This document shows positions 55,806-63,858 of a DNA stretch of 64,000 nucleotides, one piece after another. Under the pieces are notes generated by a model, which had not been told where the DNA came from, did no database searches, and saw only the letters and a list, made by a program, of their open reading frames with translations. Position numbers and translations under genes: made by a program. The stretch is from Candidatus Merdibacter merdavium (GTDB lineage Bacteria > Bacillota_I > Bacilli_A > Erysipelotrichales > Erysipelotrichaceae). Position 1 is the first letter of the stretch, and every line of letters begins with the position of its first letter. Where the stretch lies: positions 75,629 to 139,628 of the forward strand of contig DWWM01000042.1 of the NCBI GenBank assembly GCA_019119715.1, given 5' to 3'.

Positions 55806-56381
55806 ATGGGTGAATTGTTTACATTGCTGATCACATGTGTCTTTATCAATAATGTCGTGCTGAATCAGTTTCTTGGCATGTGTCCGTTCATGGGCGTATC
55901 CAAAAAGGCAAGCAGCGCCATCGGCATGGGCGTGGCGGTCGTATTCGTCATCGTGGCGGCATCGATCGTGACTTATGGTCTCTATTATCTCGTCCTTGAG
56001 CCGCTGCAGCTGGAGTTCATGGACCTGCTGACATTCATCCTGGTCATCGCTTCACTGGTACAGCTGACCGAGATGTTCATCAAAAAGACAAGTCCGGGCC
56101 TGTATAAGTCCTTGGGCGTGTATCTGCCATTGATCACGACCAACTGTGTCGTGCTGAATGTCTGCCTGGAGAACATCTCACAGGAATTCGATTTTGCGCA
56201 TATGCTTGTTTATTCTTTCGCGACGCCGCTTGGCTTTGCGCTGGTGCTTTATATTTTCTCCACCATTCGTGAACGCCTCGATGCCAGCGATGTACCTAAT
56301 CCGTTCAAAGGAAATCCGATCGCGCTTGTCGTTGCCGGTATCATGGCGCTCGCGTTCGGCGGATTAGCAGGGCTTGCATGA
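55806..56381 (+). CDS. rnfA: Rnf complex subunit A
   Basis: NqrE/RnfA-type sequence: INNVVLNQFLGMCPFMGVS ... LITTNCVVLNV. Confidence 0.9.
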   Translation: MGELFTLLITCVFINNVVLNQFLGMCPFMGVSKKASSAIGMGVAVVFVIVAASIVTYGLYYLVLEPLQLEFMDLLTFILVIASLVQLTEMFIKKTSPGLYKSLGVYLPLITTNCVVLNVCLENISQEFDFAHMLVYSFATPLGFALVLYIFSTIRERLDASDVPNPFKGNPIALVVAGIMALAFGGLAGLA

Positions 56382-56557
56382 ACGGCTTGCAGATCGTGCT
56401 GGCGGTCGTATTCTTCGCCGTGCTCGGCGGGGCATATGCCCTGGCTTATTATCTGAATCACAAGACACCCAGACCGGCAGGGTGTGAGAATCTGAAACCT
56501 GAATGCAAAGGCTGCCATGATCGCAGCTGCATGAACAATCCGGATCATCACCGGTAG
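56378..56557 (+). CDS. small TM protein with a 4-Cys tail (59 aa), not in the ORF track
   Basis: Hand translation: MNGLQIVLAVVFFAVLGGAYALAYYLNHKTPRPAGCENLKPECKGCHDRSCMNNPDHHR. The ATGA overlaps the rnfA stop, and the ORF ends 13 nt before rnfB. Confidence 0.5.
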   Translation: MNGLQIVLAVVFFAVLGGAYALAYYLNHKTPRPAGCENLKPECKGCHDRSCMNNPDHHR

Positions 56558-56570
56558 AAAGGAAGATAGG

Positions 56571-56882
56571 ATGATAGCGGCAATTGTTATGATGATCGTG
56601 CTTGGCGCAGTCCTCGGACTGGGACTTGGCATTGCAGATAAATATCTGAAGGTCGAAGTCGATGAGCGTGTCGAGAAAGTGACAGAGATGCTTCCCAATT
56701 ACAATTGCGGCGGCTGCGGCTATGCCGGCTGCAGCGGCCTGGCTGAAGCGCTGGTATCCGGAGAGATGGATACTGTGTGCTGCCGCCCATGCAAGCCTGA
56801 GCGCCGTCAGGAGATCGTCGATTATCTCAACAGCACACCAGGTCCGGATGGCACCTGTGTTCATGTAAAGATGATGAAATAA
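56571..56882 (+). CDS. rnfB: Rnf complex subunit B, minimal form (N-terminal TM plus single Fe-S domain only)
   Basis: A TM helix followed by LPNYNCGGCGYAGCSGLAEALVSGEMDTVCCRPC, the RnfB N-terminal cluster motif. The protein stops at 103 aa with no CxxCxxCxxxCP ferredoxin domains. Confidence 0.75.
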   Translation: MIAAIVMMIVLGAVLGLGLGIADKYLKVEVDERVEKVTEMLPNYNCGGCGYAGCSGLAEALVSGEMDTVCCRPCKPERRQEIVDYLNSTPGPDGTCVHVKMMK

Positions 56883-56900
56883 CACGATCGTTCAAAAATA

Positions 56901-56943
56901 GCAGCGTATCGAAGATCATTTCCGATGCGCTGCATGTTTTTTT
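56901..56943 (+). terminator. terminator after rnfB
   Basis: GCAGCGTATCG ... CGATGCGCTGC stem (one G-U pair) followed by a T-run. It abuts the comK stop on the other strand. Confidence 0.65.
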
Positions 56944-57358
56944 ATTCACCGATCAGCGTGATGTAAAGCTGTGAGCGTTCGATCTGACGTTTGACGATCG
57001 GCTGGCGGTAATCCAGCAGCAGGCTTTCGCCATTGATGAAATAGATGCGTGTTCCGTCGCCTTCAGCTTTATAATATTGCACGGCACGCAGATTGATCCA
57101 AATGGTATACGGATCATCCATCTTACCAAATGGCATGAAGATCTCTCCTCTTCGCACGGAAGTAAGCACCGGGATATGCTTGCGAGCGTTCATCAGCTGA
57201 GCAAAAGCCTCTCTGCGTCCTTGCAGCGTTGATCCCTCCTGCTGACAGCGGCGATTCAGATACTCCTTGACGGAATTGCAGTGGTAATAGTCCACTGCGT
57301 CGTCTTTTCGAATGCGCACGCTGGTTTTTTCCCAGTCATATTTCAAAAAAATGATCAT
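56942..57358 (-). CDS. comK: ComK-family competence transcription factor
   Basis: 138 aa. The series SVKEYLNRRCQQEGSTLQGRREAFAQLMNARKHIPVLTS...IFMPFG...WINLRAV fits the ComK family pattern. The GAGGAGGG SD is present. Confidence 0.7.
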   Translation of the reverse strand: MIIFLKYDWEKTSVRIRKDDAVDYYHCNSVKEYLNRRCQQEGSTLQGRREAFAQLMNARKHIPVLTSVRRGEIFMPFGKMDDPYTIWINLRAVQYYKAEGDGTRIYFINGESLLLDYRQPIVKRQIERSQLYITLIGE

Positions 57359-57510
57359 ACATTTTCCCTCCTCTTAATGTTACATACGCCTTTATACATA
57401 AAAACACTAAAAAAAATCATGTCCCTTCTACGGAGTTCCGTATCTAGACCATTCAGCCTGAAGAGACATGATACCTTGTTTAAAAGCGCATTTATATAAT
57501 ACAATATCTT

Positions 57511-57524
57511 TTGATATATATCAA
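57511..57524. promoter_or_regulatory. 14-bp perfect AT-rich palindrome upstream of comK
   Basis: TTGATATATATCAA, about 155 nt upstream of the comK start. Confidence 0.3.
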
Positions 57525-57548
57525 CAACGAATCGTGAAAAATATGATG

Positions 57549-58229
57549 CTACGGGTCGATCACCGTCACTGTCCTTCCGATGCCCACGGCCTCACTGACG
57601 ATCCGCCGCCAGCTGCAGCAGCCGCAGATGCCATCTGCGCTGAGTCCATTGCCGCGCTGAAACGCCAGCAGCGCACTGCGCGTGTTGCTGCCAAAAGCAC
57701 CGTCAAGCGTCTGTGTAGAGTAGCCCAGCGCGTTGAGCGCATCCTGAAGCACGAGGACATATACGCCGCGGCTGCCATTGCGAAGCGTCGGGTATCCGGC
57801 ACTGCAGGCCGGTGTGCCATAGCGTTTGTCAAAGTGCACCCAGGTCGGTGTCATGCTCTGCGGCTCGACATAGCTCCATACGCCAAGGTTGTTCGCGGTG
57901 CGCCACAGGCGGCTGCGTTCGCTGCTGCTGAGCGCTTGACCACAGTCGAAGGCCGTACCTGCGTAGTGTTGGGATTGCTGACCGTGGCCGCCTTCCCAGA
58001 TGCGCTTGAACGCATATCGGAAGGGAATCGGGGCATTGAATGAGCGCCTGGTGGCATTCCAGCTCTCCATGGCGGCATTGCTCGTCCACAGCACGCTAGA
58101 GCTGCTGGAACCGCGAAATTCTCTGACCTTCATCGTATTTCCGTATGCGTAAGGCATATTGTCATTTTCTCCGCGATAGAAGATCTCCAGGGCCTGTGAA
58201 CTTACATTGTACACGATGATCTTTGCCAT
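57549..58229 (-). CDS. M15-type zinc D-Ala-D-Ala carboxypeptidase-like protein with a C-terminal PG_binding_1 domain
   Basis: SQHYAGTAFD ... WVHFD zinc-ligand pattern. C-terminal GSRGVYVLVLQDALNALGY...DGAFGSNTRSALLAFQ. Start placed at MAKIIVY (ATG 58229), 6 nt after AAGGAGGA. Confidence 0.7.
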   Translation of the reverse strand: MAKIIVYNVSSQALEIFYRGENDNMPYAYGNTMKVREFRGSSSSSVLWTSNAAMESWNATRRSFNAPIPFRYAFKRIWEGGHGQQSQHYAGTAFDCGQALSSSERSRLWRTANNLGVWSYVEPQSMTPTWVHFDKRYGTPACSAGYPTLRNGSRGVYVLVLQDALNALGYSTQTLDGAFGSNTRSALLAFQRGNGLSADGICGCCSWRRIVSEAVGIGRTVTVIDP

Positions 58230-58344
58230 TTTCATCCTCCTTTTGTTTCATCCTATGCCAGCGTGCGGGTGGGTGATAGACATTTGCGCATTGAAATATC
58301 ATGTGGTTTCATGGTAAACTCAATGACAGGAATGGAGGAGAGAT

Positions 58345-59331
58345 ATGCAGATCGAACATATTACCACTCATCTGCTTGATCCATCACAGAAGCTTTTTTT
58401 GCCTGGAACCGCTGAGACGGATCTGTCCGCGTCAAGCGCATATGCGTTTGTCTCGACGAAGCTGCTGAAGCTGTTTTCTGCCGATCAGCGTCATGCCGGT
58501 GCCTTTCTTCCTGCTTCGCGTCTGGCGCAGAAGCTCACGTTGTATCGTGATCATCAGATGGATTTCAGTGAGCTGTCCATTCTGATCGCGCAGAACCTGT
58601 ATGAAGCTAAGGTCAGCTGCGGCATCCTGGAAGCGACGGCACTCATCATCGCGCAGCTCGTCCATGAAGGACGCCGTTATCTTTGTGCGCTGGATCAGGG
58701 GTATCGCAAGGCGATGAGCTGCTATATCAAGTCAGACAATGAAAATGAGTTTTTGGAACAGCAGGTGCTTTCACCGACCTTATTGAAGCATGATTTTGCT
58801 TTCACCGTAGAGCTGAGCGATCTGTCGCTTCATATCATCGAAGAAAAGCGCACCATCGCTGATGAGCCGGTCTACGCGCTTGCGACCCATTTTCTGGAAG
58901 CGCAAGCAGAAGCGTCTTATCGAGAATCCAGCAAAGAGATCGAGCGCCTGACTCGGACATTGAGCGAAAAATATGAGATGGATCCGATCGAATCATTGCC
59001 TAAGGTAAAGCGGCTCATCAAGGAAGCGGTCAGTGAACAAGAGGATCTGCAAGTGGATGAGATCGCTGAGACGCTCTTTCATGAAGTGCCGTTTGCGGCA
59101 GATGAGTTTGTTTCACAGATGGCGCAGAAAGGCATTCGCGGCACAGTAAGCACGCAGTCAGTAAAGATGCCGAAGTCAGCCGCGATGCAGAAGCTGAAGA
59201 CCGATACGAACATCGAGATCACATTTCCGGTGGAGTATATGGATGAACCCGATAAGTTTGAGGTCATCCATCTGGATGATGGGACGATCCGCATTGAGAT
59301 CCGCAACGTCAGTCATGTGCAAAGCCGCTGA
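58345..59331 (+). CDS. nucleoid-associated protein, NdpA/YejK-like (tentative)
   Basis: The 328-aa size, the N-terminal IEHITTHLLD and the C-terminal KLKTDTNIEITFPVEYMDEPDKFEVIHLDDGTIRIEIRNV resemble the Firmicutes NA37-type family as I remember it. Confidence 0.5.
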   Translation: MQIEHITTHLLDPSQKLFLPGTAETDLSASSAYAFVSTKLLKLFSADQRHAGAFLPASRLAQKLTLYRDHQMDFSELSILIAQNLYEAKVSCGILEATALIIAQLVHEGRRYLCALDQGYRKAMSCYIKSDNENEFLEQQVLSPTLLKHDFAFTVELSDLSLHIIEEKRTIADEPVYALATHFLEAQAEASYRESSKEIERLTRTLSEKYEMDPIESLPKVKRLIKEAVSEQEDLQVDEIAETLFHEVPFAADEFVSQMAQKGIRGTVSTQSVKMPKSAAMQKLKTDTNIEITFPVEYMDEPDKFEVIHLDDGTIRIEIRNVSHVQSR

Positions 59332-59367
59332 TCCTGTGGTATACTGAGATCAAGGAGGAAAAGGGAT

Positions 59368-59580
59368 ATGGAAAAAAGAGCATTTATCTGCCCAAAATGC
59401 GGCTGTCATGAATATGAGAGCGATCAGTTTCAGGCAACCGGCGGCAACTTCGCCAAACTGTTTGATGTACAGAACAAAAAATTCATCACGATTTCCTGTC
59501 GTCAATGCGGATATACTGAGCTGTACCGTGAAGAGACCGGTGCCGGAATGAACATCCTCGATTTTCTGATCGGCGGATAA
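59368..59580 (+). CDS. zinc-ribbon small protein
   Basis: Two CxxC pairs (CPKCGC ... CRQCGY) flank a beta-rich core. 70 aa. AAGGAGGA SD. Confidence 0.6.
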   Translation: MEKRAFICPKCGCHEYESDQFQATGGNFAKLFDVQNKKFITISCRQCGYTELYREETGAGMNILDFLIGG

Positions 59581-59587
59581 AGATATA

Positions 59588-59617
59588 CAGGCCCTGCGTA
59601 TGCAGGGCCTGCGTTTT
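59588..59617. terminator. strong hairpin terminator
   Basis: CAGGCCCTGC-GTAT-GCAGGGCCTG followed by CGTTTT. Confidence 0.75.
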
Positions 59618-59620
59618 ATC

Positions 59621-59953
59621 TCAAAAGGAATGTTTGATGTCATCCAGATGGCGCAGGATGAGGATGTGCCTTCCTGCGGCAATGCCCGCCATGAGGATCG
59701 CCGCGATGCCCGAAAGCAGGTTTCCGCAGCAATGCGCACAAAGGACGGTAAAGCCGAGCAGAAAGGGAAGATGCAGCAATTCCACAGGGATGATGGCCGC
59801 GATGAGGTGTCTTCTTGTCAGTGCCTGCAGGGAGACACGCATGTTCGAAGCGTTCCGGCGCAAATGCCATAACGAGAAGATCGCGAAAGTACACAGTGCG
59901 CCGGCCAAGGCATCTGCCTGAATGAAAAGCAAGAAGAGCAAAAAGGGGATCAT
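59621..59953 (-). CDS. hypothetical membrane protein
   Basis: Three to four hydrophobic helices. The ATGA overlaps the stop of the upstream GNAT gene. I recognise no motif. Confidence 0.4.
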   Translation of the reverse strand: MIPFLLFLLFIQADALAGALCTFAIFSLWHLRRNASNMRVSLQALTRRHLIAAIIPVELLHLPFLLGFTVLCAHCCGNLLSGIAAILMAGIAAGRHILILRHLDDIKHSF

Positions 59954-60372
59954 AGTTTGCGTAACATGTCTATATGCAGGACATGTTCATCCCGATATGT
60001 CTCTCCATCGCATCGATAGCCGCAGCGTTGGTAAAAAGGCATTGCCTGCAGCTGCGCGCTGATGCGGATCTCAGCGAACCCTTTATTCCGGATCTGCAGT
60101 TCTGCTTGTTCCATCAGTTTTCTGCCGATGTGATGATGGCGGTAAGCTGGAAGGACCGCTACTCTTCCGATATGAATGCATGAAGGGCGTTCAATGTCCG
60201 GAAAATAGCGCAAGCAGCCGACAGGAACGTCATCGGCATATGCGCACAAATGGGTCGCGCGCGCATCCAGTTCATCAAATTCATGGCGGAATCCTTGTTC
60301 TTGCATGAATACTTTCCTGCGGATCGCAAAGCAGTCATCTTTTGCTTGATCCGTTATGAATGTGAGCCTCAT
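59950..60372 (-). CDS. GNAT-family N-acetyltransferase
   Basis: MRLTFITDQAKDDCFAIRRKVFMQEQG ... VAVLPAYRHHHIGRKLM (acetyl-CoA motif). Start placed at ATG 60372, 7 nt after GAGGAGG. The longer ORF-track version overlaps the glnA 3' end. Confidence 0.8.
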   Translation of the reverse strand: MRLTFITDQAKDDCFAIRRKVFMQEQGFRHEFDELDARATHLCAYADDVPVGCLRYFPDIERPSCIHIGRVAVLPAYRHHHIGRKLMEQAELQIRNKGFAEIRISAQLQAMPFYQRCGYRCDGETYRDEHVLHIDMLRKL

Positions 60373-60392
60373 TTTCATCCTCCTCATGAACA

Positions 60393-60414
60393 GAGCCTTT
60401 CCGAAGAAAGGCTC
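60393..60414. other. 9-bp stem-loop between glnA and the GNAT gene
   Basis: GAGCCTTTC-CGAA-GAAAGGCTC. The U-run follows it only on the plus strand. On the coding (minus) strand it is followed by TGTTCATGAGG. Confidence 0.5.
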
Positions 60415-60418
60415 GTTT

Positions 60419-62491
60419 TTATTTGTAATACAAGATATCGCCATAGGTCGGGAATTTCCAGAATTCCTTGGCCACGTAAGTTTCCAGCTGGTCACAATCG
60501 CTGCGCAGATCTTCCATGAGCGGCAGAATTGTATTCTTGAAGAAATATGCTTCTTCCTGTTTGTCCTCACGAACGCTCTGTTTCATCGCTTCATGCAGGG
60601 CGCGTGTCTTACGGTGCGCGCTGGCCGCGATCGCAGAGATCATCTGAATGAGATCCTTTTCTACGCTGATGTCTGCTTCTTCCATCGCTGCCTTTTTGGC
60701 GCTGAGCGTTTCGCTCAAAAAGCGCGTGTATTCCAGCGCGCTGGGCAGGATCTGCTTGCGCACGATGGAAAGCATGGTATATGCTTCGATGCTGTTGACA
60801 TTATTGTAGTTTTCGGTCAGGATCTCATAGCGGGAACGCAGCTCAGATTCAGTGAAGATCTTGTTGCGCTCGAACAGCGCGATGTTCTTGGGATCCAGAT
60901 AATGAGGCAGTGTGTCTGCCGTGGTCGGAAGATTGAGGAGGCCACGCTTTTCTGCCTCTTTGATCCATTCGTCCGCATAGCCATCGCCGTTGAAGATGAT
61001 CCGATGATGATCTTCATAAGATTCACGGATCACTTCTCGGATCTCATCATGAAGGTCGCCGGAGCACTTTTCAAGCCGGTCGGCAAAACGGCACATCACA
61101 TCGGCCACAGCGGTGTTCAGGTTGATGTTGCTGCAGGCGATGGATTGGGAAGAGCCGAGCATGCGGAACTCAAACTTGTTGCCGGTAAACGCGAATGGGG
61201 AGGTGCGGTTGCGGTCACTGGTATCCTGCGCGAATTTCGGCAGGCTGTGCACATCCACGTTCAGGCTGCTGCGTCCGGAAGCCGTAGTGCCGCGCTGATA
61301 GATGAAATCGCGGATGCGCTCCTCAAGGTCATTGCCGATGAAGATGGAGAGCACGGCCGGCGGCGCTTCATGTCCGCCCAGCCGGTGATCATTTCCAGCG
61401 CTCGCTGCCGCTACGCGCAGCAACGCGGGATATTCATCCACGGCCTGGATGACGGCGCACAGGAAGAGCAGGAACTGCTCATCGCGGCCGGATGGTGAAA
61501 GCAGGTTTTCTCCGTCTGCCGACATTGACCAGTTGTTGTGCTTGCCGCTGCCATTGATCCCGTTAAATGGCTTTTCGTGAAGCAGGCAGACCAGATCGTG
61601 GCGGTCCGCCACCTTTTTCATGAGCTCCATGATGATCTGATTCTGATCACAGGCACGGTTGGTCAGCGTAAAGATCGGCGCGAGCTCATGCTGACAAGGG
61701 GCTACCTCATTGTGCTGCGTCTTGGCAGGGATGCCTAATTTCCAGCACTCTTCGTTGAGCTCCTTCATGAAAGCGAGCACCCGCGGCTTGATGACACCAA
61801 AATAATGGTCATCCAGCTCCTGGGTCTTGGGCGGACGGTTGCCAAACAGCGTGCGACCGGTGTAGACGAGATCCTTGCGTTTATGATACATCTTTTTGTC
61901 GATCAGGAAATACTCCTGCTCGGCGCCTACCGTGGTGATGACGCTGCTGACCTCTTTTCCCAGCAGATGAAGCAGCCGCTTCGCCTGCTTTTCGATCAGC
62001 TCTTCTGATTTGAGCAGCGGTGTCTTCTTGTCCAGCGACTCTCCGCCATACGAAAGGAACACGGTCGGGATGCACAGTGTGCCATCCTTGATGAACGCAT
62101 AGCTGCTCATGTCCCAAGCGGTATAGCCGCGCGCTTCAAAAGTCGAGCGCAGTCCGCCGTTGGGGAAGCTTGATGCATCGGCCTCTCCTTTGATGAGCTC
62201 TTTGCCGGACAGCTTCATGATGACGCTGTCGCCTTCCGGTTCGATGAAGCTGTCATGTTTTTCGGCAGTGATGCCGGTCATCGGCTGAAACCAGTGCGTG
62301 TAGTGCGTAGCGCCCATTTCAACGGCCCAGTCTTTCATTTCGTTGGCGATGACATTGGCATCGGCGCTGGAAAGCTCGCTGCCTTCTTTCAGGCATTGAT
62401 GATAGCGTTTGTACACATCGGCAGGAAGCCGCTTTTTCATCTTGTCGTCATTGAAGACCATGCTTCCATACAGACTCGCAATCATGCTCAT
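60419..62491 (-). CDS. glnA: type III glutamine synthetase
   Basis: About 690 aa, with GS blocks KPFNGINGSGKHNNWS, NRTSPFAFTGNKFEFR and the long GSIII-specific N- and C-terminal extensions. Start placed at ATG 62491, 7 nt after AAGGAGG. Confidence 0.9.
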   Translation of the reverse strand: MSMIASLYGSMVFNDDKMKKRLPADVYKRYHQCLKEGSELSSADANVIANEMKDWAVEMGATHYTHWFQPMTGITAEKHDSFIEPEGDSVIMKLSGKELIKGEADASSFPNGGLRSTFEARGYTAWDMSSYAFIKDGTLCIPTVFLSYGGESLDKKTPLLKSEELIEKQAKRLLHLLGKEVSSVITTVGAEQEYFLIDKKMYHKRKDLVYTGRTLFGNRPPKTQELDDHYFGVIKPRVLAFMKELNEECWKLGIPAKTQHNEVAPCQHELAPIFTLTNRACDQNQIIMELMKKVADRHDLVCLLHEKPFNGINGSGKHNNWSMSADGENLLSPSGRDEQFLLFLCAVIQAVDEYPALLRVAAASAGNDHRLGGHEAPPAVLSIFIGNDLEERIRDFIYQRGTTASGRSSLNVDVHSLPKFAQDTSDRNRTSPFAFTGNKFEFRMLGSSQSIACSNINLNTAVADVMCRFADRLEKCSGDLHDEIREVIRESYEDHHRIIFNGDGYADEWIKEAEKRGLLNLPTTADTLPHYLDPKNIALFERNKIFTESELRSRYEILTENYNNVNSIEAYTMLSIVRKQILPSALEYTRFLSETLSAKKAAMEEADISVEKDLIQMISAIAASAHRKTRALHEAMKQSVREDKQEEAYFFKNTILPLMEDLRSDCDQLETYVAKEFWKFPTYGDILYYK

Positions 62492-62576
62492 GAAAGTACC
62501 TCCTTTTATTTTCTGCATTTTTGCAAAAGACGCTGCCAGCCACGAATGACCAGCAGCGCCAGCAGTTCCTGTTGTT

Positions 62577-62605
62577 AGTATATGAGAAATCTGAACGTTT
62601 GTCAA
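62577..62605 (-). promoter_or_regulatory. sigma-A type promoter of glnA
   Basis: Minus strand reads TTGACA-17-TATACT. Confidence 0.55.
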
Positions 62606-62841
62606 TCAGCGGGAAAACGCAATAAGCGTCAAAAGGAAGCTGTTTCCTTGCAAAAATGTCATTATTTTTTTCTGTTCATTTCTCTGCTTTGCAGTTATGA
62701 TGTAAACAGAAGAGCATTTTAACGGAATTGTCAAAAATAAGCCGAACTTTTACACCTGATAAAGAAACTGTGTTAGAATAAGCTTTGCCGCATGGAAAAA
62801 TGCTGGTCAAGAAGACAATTTTCAAAATAGGAGTGAGAGAA

Positions 62842-63837
62842 ATGAGCAATGCGCTGATCAGTGTGATCGTACCGGTCTATAATGTGGAAAAGTATGTGGA
62901 AAAGTGTCTGTGCTCCTTGCTGACACAGAGCTATGAAAATATAGAGATCATCATCGTCAGTGACGGATCGCAGGATGGCAGCGATGCGATCTGCAAGCGC
63001 TACGCCGATGCGTATCCGCAGATTCGTTATTACCGCACCGAGAATCACGGGGTGAGCGCCGCGCGCAATTATGGCTTGCGCAAAGCAGAGGGAGAGTATT
63101 GCATGCTGGTGGACAGCGATGATTACCTGGATGCGGATGCCATCGCGCGCATGGCGGAAGTGATGGAAAAAGAAGACGCGGATATCGTGCAGTGTGCTTA
63201 TCGCATGGAGATCGGCCCTTTCTCGCTTTATCGCCGTGCGCCGGGCCATGAGGTCATGAGCCCAAGACAGGCGCTGCATGCGCTGATGAAGAACGTGCAG
63301 GTGAACAATTACCCGTGGGGGAAGCTGTATCGTACCGTGTTGTTTCGTGAGATCAGCTTTCCGACGCAGCTGAGCATATTTGAGGATGTCTGCACCATCT
63401 TCCAGCTGTTCATGAAGGCAGAGCGCATCGTCACCATTCCCGATCGGTTTTATCATTATGTGCAGCGCAAAGGCAGCTTCATGAATAAGAATGGCGTGTT
63501 CACGATGGATATGGATACGCTCATGCAGATGCATACGGCGTTTGAATTTCAGGAACAGGTGCTCAACGAAGCATATCCGGATGAGGCGTATTCCAATCAT
63601 CAGAATTATTTCTGTGTGAGCATGCTGGTGCTGTACACGATGATCTTCTTCATCCGCCGCAAAGATATCAGCAAGCATCCGCTGCCTTTCCTCGATCTTG
63701 AAGCGCAGCCGCTGCTATGCCGCATCATCTATCGTTTTTGCCGGGCCGTGGCCCGCGTCAAGTTCGGAGATCGTCTCATTGAGGAGAGACCGCTGAAAAA
63801 AGCGGCGAAGGAACAAAAGTCCGCCGTCAGCGGATAA
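62842..63837 (+). CDS. family 2 glycosyltransferase
   Basis: MSNALISVIVPVYNVEKYVEKCL ... IIVSDGSQDGS ... LVDSDDYL (DxD). ATG 62842 follows AGGAGTGAGAG. Confidence 0.85.
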   Translation: MSNALISVIVPVYNVEKYVEKCLCSLLTQSYENIEIIIVSDGSQDGSDAICKRYADAYPQIRYYRTENHGVSAARNYGLRKAEGEYCMLVDSDDYLDADAIARMAEVMEKEDADIVQCAYRMEIGPFSLYRRAPGHEVMSPRQALHALMKNVQVNNYPWGKLYRTVLFREISFPTQLSIFEDVCTIFQLFMKAERIVTIPDRFYHYVQRKGSFMNKNGVFTMDMDTLMQMHTAFEFQEQVLNEAYPDEAYSNHQNYFCVSMLVLYTMIFFIRRKDISKHPLPFLDLEAQPLLCRIIYRFCRAVARVKFGDRLIEERPLKKAAKEQKSAVSG

Positions 63838-63840
63838 AAA

Positions 63841-63858
63841 AAGCAGCCCGTGCTGCTT
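63841..63858. terminator. hairpin terminator between convergent genes
   Basis: AAGCAGC-CCGT-GCTGCTT preceded by AAAAA. This gives a U-run on the minus strand, for plsY. Confidence 0.6.

Noticed and set aside
60373-60570. A long N-terminal extension of the GNAT ORF (206-aa version).
   Set aside because: It overlaps the 3' end of glnA and its stem-loop. An SD-supported ATG at 60372 gives a normal 140-aa GNAT.
60356-61498. A 380-aa plus-strand ORF inside the type III glutamine synthetase gene.
   Set aside because: The explanation is the same in-register antisense effect, and I verified the register. There is no SD and no recognisable domain.
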